Virus record (IMG/VR): IMGVR_UViG_3300021185_003284
Location: 49,072 to 113,071 of that record
From: a virus
Reading direction: 5' to 3' (one strand)
Length of the DNA stretch: 64,000 nt
The position numbers were made by a program, and so were the translations under genes. Under the pieces are notes generated by a model. The model was not told the origin of the DNA. It saw only the letters and a program-made list of their open reading frames with translations, and did not search any database. Positions 36,608 through 46,908 of this stretch are shown one piece after another. The stretch's first letter is position 1. Each line of letters starts with the position of its first letter.

Positions 36608-36941
36608 GGAAATTTCAATTAAAAAAACTGTATACCAGAAAGATACCTTTGGTAAGGTGATCGATAGGTCTTTTAAGTCTTTTGTTCAACCAACAGCAGA
36701 AGACCAACAAGTTACTCTTGAACAATTCTTTAGCGATTACGACAGTCTTTTCTTAGAAATACCAGCAGAAGGAGATATACAATCACATACATATCTAATT
36801 AATAAAAGCTCAGAACTAGTAGATTTTGAAAAAGATACAACAGATATACAGCCTCTACTGGACGAAATTACACAGCTCAGAAATCAAATACTTGATTATC
36901 AAGAACAGTTAATTGAAGCTAATAAACCAGACATTGAATAG
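36600..36941 (+). CDS. Hypothetical structural protein
   Basis: Coupled ORF; C-terminal coiled coil. Confidence 0.6.
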   Translation: MAKEISIKKTVYQKDTFGKVIDRSFKSFVQPTAEDQQVTLEQFFSDYDSLFLEIPAEGDIQSHTYLINKSSELVDFEKDTTDIQPLLDEITQLRNQILDYQEQLIEANKPDIE

Positions 36942-39900
36942 TGGCAGAGTTTAAATACAACATAGAACAGTTAGAGCTAAGTAGTTTAGCACAGTCTTCA
37001 AAGATTACTTTGAAAGACGGCAAACTTATTGGTACATTCGAGGTAGACAATGTATTTAATATCAATCAATCTAGAGTAGGAATAGGTGTATACTCTATTG
37101 ATAATACGCTACTCGATTATATACCAAATTATAAAGGGTACACATTTGGCCTTAACGCACAGATAGACGGAGATAGAGGAGCTTCTGTACTTACTATAGA
37201 TCCTGAACAGGATATAAAAAAGTTAAAATACGATACAGGTGATGTAAGATTAGTATATAACTTCACTAATAATCTTTTTTCTGAAAACCAAGAAGGCGGA
37301 GAATTTTTTGTACAAGAAATTTCTAGTGATAAAACAGAGTTAAAGTTATTAAGCTTATCGTTAGAAAGAGAACAGATATTAAATTACGTTAAAAGCTTAA
37401 AATCTAAGCTAAATGATAGTTCTTACTTTTCTCAATTTAGAGTTGACTTCGGTAACAACAGTAATAACGTAGGTATTAATGTAGATACGTTAGAAACTAA
37501 TGAGGGCTTAGTAGTATTAGTAAAATTATATTCCCCCTTATTAGACACAGTTTCTATAAAGGATAGTTTAACCATACAGGAAATAGTTAGCGATAGCTTA
37601 CTATACGAAATTACAGCTATCCCTTTTGTAGATACATTAGAAATACCATATATAAAAGGTCCTAACTTTTCTCTTGAGGAAGTAGATAAAGTAAATGAAC
37701 CCACACAATTTTTAAACTATAACGAATTATTTTCATATCCAGTTTCCGGTTCATATTATGAACTCTTCTCTCTCTTTAATAACGCTGGAGCAGAAATTGC
37801 TATTAATCATGAAGATTACGCTGACTTTATACATTTCTCTTCTGCCGAAGAAAGATTGCGTAACTTCCAATATAAGCTTCAGCTACTAGAAAGCTATGAA
37901 ACTTCGTTAAATACAATATCAGCATCAAATGCCACTGGAAACGGAAATTCAATCCAAACTGAAGTCTCCGGCAGTAACACATACTACGAAGGTTTAATTA
38001 GAGGGTTAGTAGATAATTTTGACCATTACGATAGATACCTTTATTATTCATCAGGATCAGAAGCATGGCCCAAGAGTACCTCAAAACGACCTTATGACAA
38101 CTACTCTACAACCTCTTCAACAAGTATAACTTGGTTTAATCAGCAACTAGTAACAGCATCAAACTTTGATGTAAGTAACTTTGATTTATTAGCTAACTCT
38201 ATTCCTACCTTTATAAGAGAAGGAAAAGAAAACGAACCGTACTTGATGTTTATTCATATGATTGCTCAACATTTTGACAATTTATGGATATACTTTAAAG
38301 CAGTAGGGGATAAGTATGATGCTGATAACAGACTTAATTTTGGAGTCAGTAAAGATATAGTTAGGGAGGTAGTAGAATCATTTGGTATAAACTTATATAA
38401 TAGTAATCAAAACGCTGACAATTTATTCTCTATGTTTCTAGGTGCTACACCTGAAACTGGAAGTGAGAATATTAATACAATGTCTATAGCAACATCTGCA
38501 TCCTTCAATAATGGATCAACAGATTTAGAATACTTACAACCAGTCCCTAAGAGCGATTATGAAAAGGAAGTATATAAGCGAATATACCATAACTTACCCC
38601 ACTTAGTAAAAACTAAAGGTACTGAAAGAGGGTTAAGAGCATTAATAAATTGCTTCGGTATACCGGAAAGTATATTAAGCATTAAGACATTTGGAGGTTC
38701 ATTAATAGACGAACCAATGTTCGGAGCTAATAATCCACATACCTCTAGTTTATATATTTCAAACAGTGTAAATTATAGAAGCGGCTCTACAAAGATAAGA
38801 ACAGACAATACAGGGAGCTATACCTCAGGAAGTACTCTATCTCAGTTCGTATCTATAGAGCAGAGAAATAAAATATATACTGACGATACCCATAATGTAG
38901 AGGTTGGATTTGATATTTCTCATGGTACTAATGAACATATTATTCGTAAGATATCTAGTAGCTACGACATCGATTCTTATATTGGAGATCCAAGAAGAAG
39001 GTACGAAGAGGGTTACCCTGAATTAGATGCTCTAAGAGAAAAAGTAATCAATGACGGAATCGATTGGGACGACATTACTAACCGATGGGAATCAGGCTCT
39101 TGGGCTTGGGAAGATGAATTAGCATTTACTAAGTCTCCTAAGTCTTTTGTTAGACTATTAAAGTTTTTTGACAGTTCTATCTTTAAGATTATTAAGGACT
39201 TCGTTCCTGCAAGAGGAAAGGTAGATACAGGTATAATAATCAAATCGAATAATTTAGGTAGAAGCAAAGCTAAACAAGTAGAGGTATCTTTTACAAATGA
39301 AATACATACAGCCTCAATACTAACCAACACAGTTACTGGAAGCATTGGTGGAATATATGACTCTTCTGGGAGCTTCGACTACACTACTAATTACAACGCA
39401 CATGTAATGACCCCTCTTGGCCCTGCCAGTAGAAACATTACTGATGAATCTCCAATGTTTAACGGAGAATTAAGTGGCTCGTTAATAGTAGCTACGGATG
39501 GAGAAGTAGGAAGTAAGAATCCATTTCTTGATTTAGCACAACCATTAATTGAGTTAGATATTACAGTATTTAACTTCTCACTACCGCCTCCACCGGCCTG
39601 TGTTATTGCTCTTACAGGAAGCTATATAGGTGAAGCTTATACTATAGGTGTAGTTGATGAAGCAGATTACGACGAAACAGTTGCTATAACCTATCCATTA
39701 GCAGTTGCTAATATTACAAGTTCTTATAACTTTGCTCACGATTTCGACGTATATGAATTCTTTACTATTGAAGCAAACGCAACATATAGTGATACATACT
39801 ATGACGGAACCTTCGGAGCATACGGTGCGAACTTTACAGGATGGTATGATAAGAATGATGGAACCGGTAATTTAATATCAACTAATAACCCACTTACTAT

Positions 39901-39964
39901 TTATAGGTATACAGACGAACTGTACGGAAACGAGTTTTATGCTAAATTTGAAAATCATATCTAA
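36941..39964 (+). CDS. Large baseplate protein (gp7 / P2 gpI-like segment)
   Basis: IYHNLP.L.KTKGT.RGLRALINCFG; IKDFVPAR. Confidence 0.6.
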   Translation: MAEFKYNIEQLELSSLAQSSKITLKDGKLIGTFEVDNVFNINQSRVGIGVYSIDNTLLDYIPNYKGYTFGLNAQIDGDRGASVLTIDPEQDIKKLKYDTGDVRLVYNFTNNLFSENQEGGEFFVQEISSDKTELKLLSLSLEREQILNYVKSLKSKLNDSSYFSQFRVDFGNNSNNVGINVDTLETNEGLVVLVKLYSPLLDTVSIKDSLTIQEIVSDSLLYEITAIPFVDTLEIPYIKGPNFSLEEVDKVNEPTQFLNYNELFSYPVSGSYYELFSLFNNAGAEIAINHEDYADFIHFSSAEERLRNFQYKLQLLESYETSLNTISASNATGNGNSIQTEVSGSNTYYEGLIRGLVDNFDHYDRYLYYSSGSEAWPKSTSKRPYDNYSTTSSTSITWFNQQLVTASNFDVSNFDLLANSIPTFIREGKENEPYLMFIHMIAQHFDNLWIYFKAVGDKYDADNRLNFGVSKDIVREVVESFGINLYNSNQNADNLFSMFLGATPETGSENINTMSIATSASFNNGSTDLEYLQPVPKSDYEKEVYKRIYHNLPHLVKTKGTERGLRALINCFGIPESILSIKTFGGSLIDEPMFGANNPHTSSLYISNSVNYRSGSTKIRTDNTGSYTSGSTLSQFVSIEQRNKIYTDDTHNVEVGFDISHGTNEHIIRKISSSYDIDSYIGDPRRRYEEGYPELDALREKVINDGIDWDDITNRWESGSWAWEDELAFTKSPKSFVRLLKFFDSSIFKIIKDFVPARGKVDTGIIIKSNNLGRSKAKQVEVSFTNEIHTASILTNTVTGSIGGIYDSSGSFDYTTNYNAHVMTPLGPASRNITDESPMFNGELSGSLIVATDGEVGSKNPFLDLAQPLIELDITVFNFSLPPPPACVIALTGSYIGEAYTIGVVDEADYDETVAITYPLAVANITSSYNFAHDFDVYEFFTIEANATYSDTYYDGTFGAYGANFTGWYDKNDGTGNLISTNNPLTIYRYTDELYGNEFYAKFENHI

Positions 39965-40938
39965 TGAATTTAGAAGAGTTTATTAATACAAATCCTAATT
40001 TTTATGGAAATGGAAATGCTAATTTATTTTATAGCTCTAGTATTTCCGGTTCAGACGATATACCTGTTGCTCCTTTTGTAATACAGGGACTTTCAATACC
40101 TAACACAGACCTAAATTCAAATAATTTAGTATCTCCTTTAAAAGAGGTAACAAAGTTTAAATTTGACTTTGGTGGATCAAGAATAGAAGCTACAATAACC
40201 GGTAGGCAGAAAAAAAATGACTATACATACTTTTCTATTGAACCTATAACAGTTGGAACATTACCAGATGAAAACACAGTCGGATCCAGAATTGAAGACG
40301 ATTCAGAATTTGTATTTAATCCTTACTTTGAGAGCGGCTACTTTAATAACGATTATAATCCACTACAGGGTAATTCAACTTTACTTTTAAGAAATTCATC
40401 TACTATGGTAGTAGATAGACAAGCATCTCAAATTACACCCGGTAACTTAGATGCACTAATAGCAGGAACTGCAGAAAGAGCAGAAATAGTAGACAGTTTT
40501 AATACAACAGCAGGATTAATCTCAGGTAGACACGTAGGAAGCAAAACAACATCCGGAGGAGCAAAAGTAGACATATCAGCAGTATCTTCTTCGAAAGAGA
40601 GTTTTACAAGAGCAGTCATTGCAAATCAAGGTAAGAATATTGAACCAGCAGTAGTTTTTAAATCTTTTGAAGGAAGTGAACACCCTCAAGATGCAATTAC
40701 TTCTACTATTAAAGGTTTAGCTGAAAGAGAAAAGATCAATATATTTTTTAAAGAATTTAGAGCAACTATTTCAGGTATACTACAGTACCCAAACTTCCCT
40801 GCTGTAGGAAGCACGGTATTTTTAAATAAAGAAGATTCAAAAGAATTAAGAAAAGCAGCAACAGCAAAAGTATATTCAATTCAAACTGACCAGGTATTTA
40901 TTACAAATGAATCCGGATTGGTTACATCAATTGAGTAA
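39964..40938 (+). CDS. Hypothetical structural protein
   Basis: Position in the baseplate module. Confidence 0.55.
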   Translation: MNLEEFINTNPNFYGNGNANLFYSSSISGSDDIPVAPFVIQGLSIPNTDLNSNNLVSPLKEVTKFKFDFGGSRIEATITGRQKKNDYTYFSIEPITVGTLPDENTVGSRIEDDSEFVFNPYFESGYFNNDYNPLQGNSTLLLRNSSTMVVDRQASQITPGNLDALIAGTAERAEIVDSFNTTAGLISGRHVGSKTTSGGAKVDISAVSSSKESFTRAVIANQGKNIEPAVVFKSFEGSEHPQDAITSTIKGLAEREKINIFFKEFRATISGILQYPNFPAVGSTVFLNKEDSKELRKAATAKVYSIQTDQVFITNESGLVTSIE

Positions 40939-40982
40939 TAAACTATAATTAACATATATTTATATAAAACACAAATAATAAA

Positions 40983-41639
40983 ATGGGATACTTAGACAAT
41001 TCGATCGTCACGGTGGATGCGATCCTTACAAAAAAAGGTAGAGAACTGTTAGCTAGAGGGGACGGTTCTTTCAAAATCACTCAATTTGCATTAGCGGACG
41101 ACGAGATAGATTACACCTTATACAATCCATCACATCCCTCAGGTTCTGCACTCTACGGAGAAGCTATCGAAAACATGCCGTTATTAGAAGCATTTCCTGA
41201 TGAGACACAAATTATGAAGTATAAGCTTACTACACTACCAAGAGGTACATCAAAACTTCCGGTATTAGATTTAGGTGTTACTTCAATTACTTTAAGACAA
41301 GGAGCTTCAATAGCAATTACCCCTCAAACGTTAAACTATTTAGGAGCTACTTCTATTTTCGAAACACAAGGATACACAGCAACTATAGCTGATGTAAGAA
41401 CGCTTAACACCTTTACAGCAGTTGGTATTAACACAGAAGACGCAACTAGGCTAAATGAATCAGTAACAATTGGTACGAATGTATCTAAGACAGTACTTGG
41501 TACATCTATTAACTTAGTAGCAACATCAGTTAATACTTTATTTGGATCAAATACTCAACTGCAGACAACTATCACCATTATAGGTAGAGGTTCCGGAGCA
41601 AGATTAACGATTCCAGTAAACATCACTAAAACTAACTAA
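40983..41639 (+). CDS. Baseplate/tail structural protein
   Basis: DAILT.KGRELLA...ITQFAL.DDE.DY resembles the tail-collar/gpH N-terminus; TATTTATA at 40957. Confidence 0.6.
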   Translation: MGYLDNSIVTVDAILTKKGRELLARGDGSFKITQFALADDEIDYTLYNPSHPSGSALYGEAIENMPLLEAFPDETQIMKYKLTTLPRGTSKLPVLDLGVTSITLRQGASIAITPQTLNYLGATSIFETQGYTATIADVRTLNTFTAVGINTEDATRLNESVTIGTNVSKTVLGTSINLVATSVNTLFGSNTQLQTTITIIGRGSGARLTIPVNITKTN

Positions 41640-41641
41640 TT

Positions 41642-42667
41642 ATGTCATATAAAAGATTTGATGCAGAAGATTTAGTAGTTAGTGCAGAGTCAGTAACTAC
41701 TCCAGTATGGTCAGGTAATACTACAACTTTAAGTACATTTTTTACTTCGTCTACCCAGGTAGGTGGTACTTCGGCTGATTATTACTACGATATATACCAA
41801 ACATCCTCTACAGATACTTCTGGTAGAGTTCAATTTAGTGTTGCATATGGAGATAAACACGGAAGTGGTTCTCTATATTACAATACATCTGTAGTAGGAA
41901 AGTCACCTTCTTCTACAATATACGGTCAGTACAGAAACCTAGTATTAGGTGATGAAGAATCTGACTTTACTTTCGGTACAGACACTTCTGAACATTTTTA
42001 CGTTATAGCTATTGATAGAGCGAGATATAAAGAAAAGCTTCTACCAGGTAGTTTCACATTAGAAATGAAACAATCAGGATCAGGAGAACATTTATCATTA
42101 ACTGATAATAGTAAAATTATAACAACCACTACATTTACAGATGCAGGTAGAGTTTATGACCTTGTAACAGGATCATTAGGTTCTCTTTCACCTGGTAAGA
42201 AAAACGATAGTGGTTATACAGACGGATCAGGTTCATACGGAAAACTTCTTCCAGATATTGGAATAATTTTATTAAACGGAAAAGCATTAGATGCTTCTGT
42301 TACAGCTGGAGGATTAAATTTAGGTATTAACAGATCAGCTAATACTGCATCTCTTAATAATAGAAAGCTGTATGACGTTCTGGACTTTAGCGGAAGCTTT
42401 AGAATTCAATCTGAAGAGACTATTACTTCTAACTTTGTATTCGTTAGAGCTAGAAATAGTGAATTTAATTACTCTACTAACCCGTCCCTTATAACAGGTT
42501 CAGGAGAATTGAGACATAACGTAATGATTAACACACCCCAAGCATTTGTTACATCTGTTGGGCTGTATAACGATAATAATGATTTGTTAGCAGTAGCTAA
42601 ACTTTCTAGACCTTTAATGAAGGACTTTACAAAGGAAAGCTTAGTGCGAATCAAATTGGATTACTAG
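41642..42667 (+). CDS. Baseplate/tail structural protein
   Basis: C-terminal T.VGLYND..DLLAVAKLS.P..K. Confidence 0.6.
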   Translation: MSYKRFDAEDLVVSAESVTTPVWSGNTTTLSTFFTSSTQVGGTSADYYYDIYQTSSTDTSGRVQFSVAYGDKHGSGSLYYNTSVVGKSPSSTIYGQYRNLVLGDEESDFTFGTDTSEHFYVIAIDRARYKEKLLPGSFTLEMKQSGSGEHLSLTDNSKIITTTTFTDAGRVYDLVTGSLGSLSPGKKNDSGYTDGSGSYGKLLPDIGIILLNGKALDASVTAGGLNLGINRSANTASLNNRKLYDVLDFSGSFRIQSEETITSNFVFVRARNSEFNYSTNPSLITGSGELRHNVMINTPQAFVTSVGLYNDNNDLLAVAKLSRPLMKDFTKESLVRIKLDY

Positions 42668-42675
42668 ATAGATGA

Positions 42676-43725
42676 ATGAGTGCATTCAAGAAACTAAACC
42701 GTCAAGATGTATATGTCACGGACTATACTGCTAAAAAACAGTGGTATGCTTCCGGGAGTACTCTTAATGATTATGGTCTAGAGGTTTTAAGAGGGTTTTC
42801 AGGTTCTACACCCGGTTACCCATACCCCCTAGATTATAGAAATAATAGATACCAGAAGTTAACCTTCGATAGTGTCTACCATAATTATTACAGCGGTAGC
42901 AATACTCTTGGAGTATTTTCAGGGTCTTACGATCTTTCACTTCAGACTACTTTAACTCTAACAGGTTCAAGAAGCAGCAGTAAAGAAGTAGGGGTAATAT
43001 CTATTCCTAGAAGTGCATACGGTACTCATATAGAACCGGGCTCATTTGTTTTGAAAGCATTTTATGAAGACGGTAGAGGTGCAGCAACAAATGATGATAG
43101 GTATTGGATAGGAGATGGAGATTATGCAAGAGCAGATAATTTTGCAGATCAATATGTTGAGGATTTAGAACATTGGTACGGGACTATTCCTATCGACTTA
43201 GACGACTATATTAGTGATGAAGGAGATTATGTAATAGAAACAGGTAGTGAGTACTTAGTAAGAGATGAGAGTATTCTTTTTGAAAGACATGAAGTAGTAG
43301 ACGATAAAGAAGGAAGATTAGTATTATCAGGATCAACTCTTTCTTACACTAAAAACCAAAGGGTAGTAGGAGATATAATTTATAACCAAGGACAGGTTAT
43401 AATAACAGATGACATAGCAGCAAGATATTATTCAACTTATGCTCGACCTATTGTGCACTGGAAATCAAACCTACCTATTTATACATATAATGTTCACTGT
43501 ACCGTTAAGGAGTCTGAGTTGAATTACTCTTTTAATCCTTCATCGTTAACAGGATCAGAAAATACAGTAAGAGATAATATCACAGGTAGTGAATTTAGAC
43601 CTTACATAACAACCGTAGGGCTGTACAATGAAGCAGATGAGTTAATAGCAGTTGCTAAAACTAACAGACCTATACCAAAATCGGAAAATGTTGATATGAC
43701 ATTTGTCGTAAAAATAGATATATAA
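42676..43725 (+). CDS. Baseplate/tail structural protein (paralog of 41642)
   Basis: C-terminal YITTVGLYNE..ELIAVAK..RP..K. Confidence 0.6.
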   Translation: MSAFKKLNRQDVYVTDYTAKKQWYASGSTLNDYGLEVLRGFSGSTPGYPYPLDYRNNRYQKLTFDSVYHNYYSGSNTLGVFSGSYDLSLQTTLTLTGSRSSSKEVGVISIPRSAYGTHIEPGSFVLKAFYEDGRGAATNDDRYWIGDGDYARADNFADQYVEDLEHWYGTIPIDLDDYISDEGDYVIETGSEYLVRDESILFERHEVVDDKEGRLVLSGSTLSYTKNQRVVGDIIYNQGQVIITDDIAARYYSTYARPIVHWKSNLPIYTYNVHCTVKESELNYSFNPSSLTGSENTVRDNITGSEFRPYITTVGLYNEADELIAVAKTNRPIPKSENVDMTFVVKIDI

Positions 43726-44384
43726 TGGCAATAAACTTTAGAGCAGAGAAAGGACAAGCACTTACGTATTCAGAGTTAGACGTTAACTTTGGTTCGTACT
43801 TTAGATCAGCGTCAACAAACGGTCAAACGCTTACTTTATACTACCCTAGTAGTTCTCAAGTACCTGTTAATAGCGGATCAGTAGAAATTGCCCTAATAAA
43901 AGGATTACAGAACGCAGGTGTAAATAAAAGACTAACAGTATATTCTGGTTCTTCAGCTGTATCATCAAGCCAAGGATTAATTTTAGACGACAATCATAAC
44001 TTAGGAATAGGAGTAGATGAAAGTTCTGACTTACCTTTATCTTACAAGTTAATGGTTTCAGGATCAATTAAAGCTTCAGGTACTGTAATACAGGGATCAG
44101 ACATTAGATTAAAAGAAGATATACAGCCTATAGATAATGCCCTTAGTAGAATAGATAATATAGACGGAGTATACTTTACATATAAGGATACTAAAGAAAA
44201 GAGCATAGGTGTAATAGCACAAGATATTCAAAAAATTCTTCCAGAAGTTGTTTCTGAAGATAATAAAGGCTATCTTGGTGTTAATTATAGTGGTATAGTT
44301 CCTGTTTTAATAGAAGCAGTTCGAGAACAAAATAGTATAATTAAAGATCTTGAGGATAGAATCTCTGATTTAGAAAACAAATAA
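43725..44384 (+). CDS. Short tail fibre with intramolecular chaperone (peptidase S74) domain
   Basis: SDIRLKEDI...GVIAQD...PE.V...Y......L.EA.E. Confidence 0.85.
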   Translation: MAINFRAEKGQALTYSELDVNFGSYFRSASTNGQTLTLYYPSSSQVPVNSGSVEIALIKGLQNAGVNKRLTVYSGSSAVSSSQGLILDDNHNLGIGVDESSDLPLSYKLMVSGSIKASGTVIQGSDIRLKEDIQPIDNALSRIDNIDGVYFTYKDTKEKSIGVIAQDIQKILPEVVSEDNKGYLGVNYSGIVPVLIEAVREQNSIIKDLEDRISDLENK

Positions 44385-44385
44385 G

Positions 44386-46098
44386 ATGCCAGATAGTAAA
44401 ATTACATTAAGGTCGGTAACAGGAAGTGCTTTAACGCATGCACAGATGGATCAGAACTTTATGGAACTGTTCTATACTGCATCAAAAGTAAATTCCCGAT
44501 TAAGATTATTCAGATCACAATCCGACGAGCCGTATGTTGAAATAGAATTACCAACTCCTAAAGCTAAGCAATATGCAATACAGCTTAAACAAGGTACAGG
44601 TAGTTTAGCACAAGAAATAGACTTTACAGGGTCGAATCAATTCATGTTTGATTACGATAACGATGTATTTACTATTACAGGTTCAACCTACCACCAAGGA
44701 GATATGGTTGTTGACGGTAGAATGACTGCTAAGGTATTTCAATCTCAAACTATTATATCATCTACATCTACAGGTTCAACCTCATTTGGTGACACTTCAG
44801 ATGACTTTCATATAAGAACAGGTTCACATAGAGTATTAGGAGATTCTGATATCAACGGAGTATTAAGCATAACAGGTTGGTCAGATGTATCTTCATCATT
44901 AGGGCACCTATATAATTTTAGCTCTTCACTAGACAACTATTATGCCACCGATGCAGACTTAGAAGCATCTAGATCACTAGATAGCGGATCAGCACACAAC
45001 GACAGAGTAGCAAGACATGCTCTTTTATCTAGCTCAGCTCATAGTCAAAGAAGCACACTCTACCAGTATAATTCTTCCTCTATAATTGAACTATCAGGAT
45101 CCTCACATGTACAGAGAGTGCATATGCTTAACTCTATGTCATACCATGACAGTATAGTTTCACAATCAGCATCAGGTTCTCTAGCACAAATAAGTGCATC
45201 ATCACATGCTCAAAGAGTAGCAATTAGCTCCTCTGCGCACACTGCATACCTTAAAAATACTACAGACACCTTTACAGGCACTCTAACTGTTGCAGGTGAT
45301 ATTGACTCTAATGATATAACAATAGATACATGGGGATCAGTTTCTGCTTCACTAGCATCAATTTCATCATCAGCAAGTGGGAGTCAACTTAATATAGCTA
45401 ATAATGCTAACAATAGATTAGTAACTGCTCAAGGAACAGATTACTTAAATGCTGAATCAAATTTAACTTTTGACGGAACTCACTTAACTATTGGTGATAC
45501 AGCAATAACTAATTACTCCCATACTACTCACGCTACTTTAGCATCTCTTATAGGTGGAACAAATTCAGGTTCCTTATTTGAAGCTTATACAGGTGGACAC
45601 TTAGTAATGGGTATTAGAGATAACTCAACTGACGGACATGATAGTTTCGCAGTTGTATCTGGAGATGGCGGGTATTATTCCGGTAACCAGTATACTAAAC
45701 TTGCCTTTAGAGTTTCCGGTTCAGGAGACACAACAGTAGGAGGAACTCTTACTACAGAAGGAAGTTTAGCAGTAACAGGAGACATTACCGCAACAGGGGA
45801 TGTTACAGCATACCATTCTTCAGATGAAAGATTAAAAGATAATATTAAACTAATTCCATCGGCAATCGATAAACTATCTAAAATAGGAGGTTACTCTTTT
45901 GACTGGAATGATAACTCGAACAATACAGGCCATGACATTGGAGTAATTGCTCAAGAAATAGAACAAGTACTTCCTGAAATTGTCATTGAAAGAGACAATG
46001 GATACAAGGCAGTACGTTATGAAAAAATTGTCCCGTTATTAATTGAAGCTATTAAAGAGCAGCAGTTACAGATAGAGGAGCTAAAAAGCAAACTCTAG
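44386..46098 (+). CDS. Tail fibre with peptidase S74 chaperone domain
   Basis: N-terminal LT..Q.D.NF; SDERLKDNI...GVIAQE...Y.K.VPLLIEAIKE. Confidence 0.85.
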   Translation: MPDSKITLRSVTGSALTHAQMDQNFMELFYTASKVNSRLRLFRSQSDEPYVEIELPTPKAKQYAIQLKQGTGSLAQEIDFTGSNQFMFDYDNDVFTITGSTYHQGDMVVDGRMTAKVFQSQTIISSTSTGSTSFGDTSDDFHIRTGSHRVLGDSDINGVLSITGWSDVSSSLGHLYNFSSSLDNYYATDADLEASRSLDSGSAHNDRVARHALLSSSAHSQRSTLYQYNSSSIIELSGSSHVQRVHMLNSMSYHDSIVSQSASGSLAQISASSHAQRVAISSSAHTAYLKNTTDTFTGTLTVAGDIDSNDITIDTWGSVSASLASISSSASGSQLNIANNANNRLVTAQGTDYLNAESNLTFDGTHLTIGDTAITNYSHTTHATLASLIGGTNSGSLFEAYTGGHLVMGIRDNSTDGHDSFAVVSGDGGYYSGNQYTKLAFRVSGSGDTTVGGTLTTEGSLAVTGDITATGDVTAYHSSDERLKDNIKLIPSAIDKLSKIGGYSFDWNDNSNNTGHDIGVIAQEIEQVLPEIVIERDNGYKAVRYEKIVPLLIEAIKEQQLQIEELKSKL

Positions 46099-46111
46099 GG
46101 ACTAACCTAAT

Positions 46112-46603
46112 ATGGAAAAAATGCCAACACAACCTACTTGGACTCACCAAGGGAGGTTAATCACTGATATTTCAGATATGCCAGAAGGAACCTATGGGTT
46201 TATCTATGAGGTAGTTTATAAACCTGAGGATATTCGTTACATAGGTAAAAAAGTACTTTACTTTGAACGTAACAAACGTTTAGGAAAAAGAGCTTTAGAG
46301 GAGTTGAGATTAGAAAGAAAGGCTAAAGGAATAGGTGGTCGTACCCCCCTTAAACAAAAAGTAATAACAGAATCTGATTGGAGAGACTATTTTGGTTCCC
46401 AAAAAGAGATAGTAGCATTAGCAAAAAAAGATAAGACTCAGGATAATTGGGAGAAGAGAATACTTGAGTATGTTCCTAATAAAAAGCTATTAACCTATTA
46501 TGAGACAAAGCACCTATTTATTAATAACGTATTAGAGGACGATTACAGTTCTCATATAAATGATAATATACTAGGTAAGTTTTACAGAAAAGACTTTAAA
46601 TAA
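46112..46603 (+). CDS. GIY-YIG family nuclease-like protein
   Basis: GFIY...YIGKK...W.DY.GS...E...N.NI. Confidence 0.75.
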   Translation: MEKMPTQPTWTHQGRLITDISDMPEGTYGFIYEVVYKPEDIRYIGKKVLYFERNKRLGKRALEELRLERKAKGIGGRTPLKQKVITESDWRDYFGSQKEIVALAKKDKTQDNWEKRILEYVPNKKLLTYYETKHLFINNVLEDDYSSHINDNILGKFYRKDFK

Positions 46604-46905
46604 TGAAACTGATAGAAATTTTAACAGAAGAGAATAGATATAACGCCGACGGTTACGACGAAGGTGATATCAAGCTCATGGGAGATATGATTCTTCCTAC
46701 TGATAAAATGGTAGTATTGCAAGCAGAAGAAGATACGTATAACAGAGGACTATTAGTAACTAGTAATAAAGATAAAAGTTACGATGTAGCCTATTGGGCA
46801 GACGACAAAACTAAACCTTATCCTATAGGAATAGAAATAGACGGTAAGGAAGTATCAAAAGATGCTAAAATTATTAAGTTTATGTTTCACCCAGAAATGA
46901 AATAA
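46603..46905 (+). CDS. Probable capsid-internal protein (leader MKLIEILTE)
   Basis: Shared leader. Confidence 0.55.
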   Translation: MKLIEILTEENRYNADGYDEGDIKLMGDMILPTDKMVVLQAEEDTYNRGLLVTSNKDKSYDVAYWADDKTKPYPIGIEIDGKEVSKDAKIIKFMFHPEMK

Positions 46906-46908
46906 ATT

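Noticed and set aside
43725-46098. Diversity-generating retroelement target or invertible tail-fibre cassette
   Set aside because: No reverse transcriptase, template/variable repeat pair or invertase is visible. The similarity between the two genes is confined to their N-termini and S74 domains.
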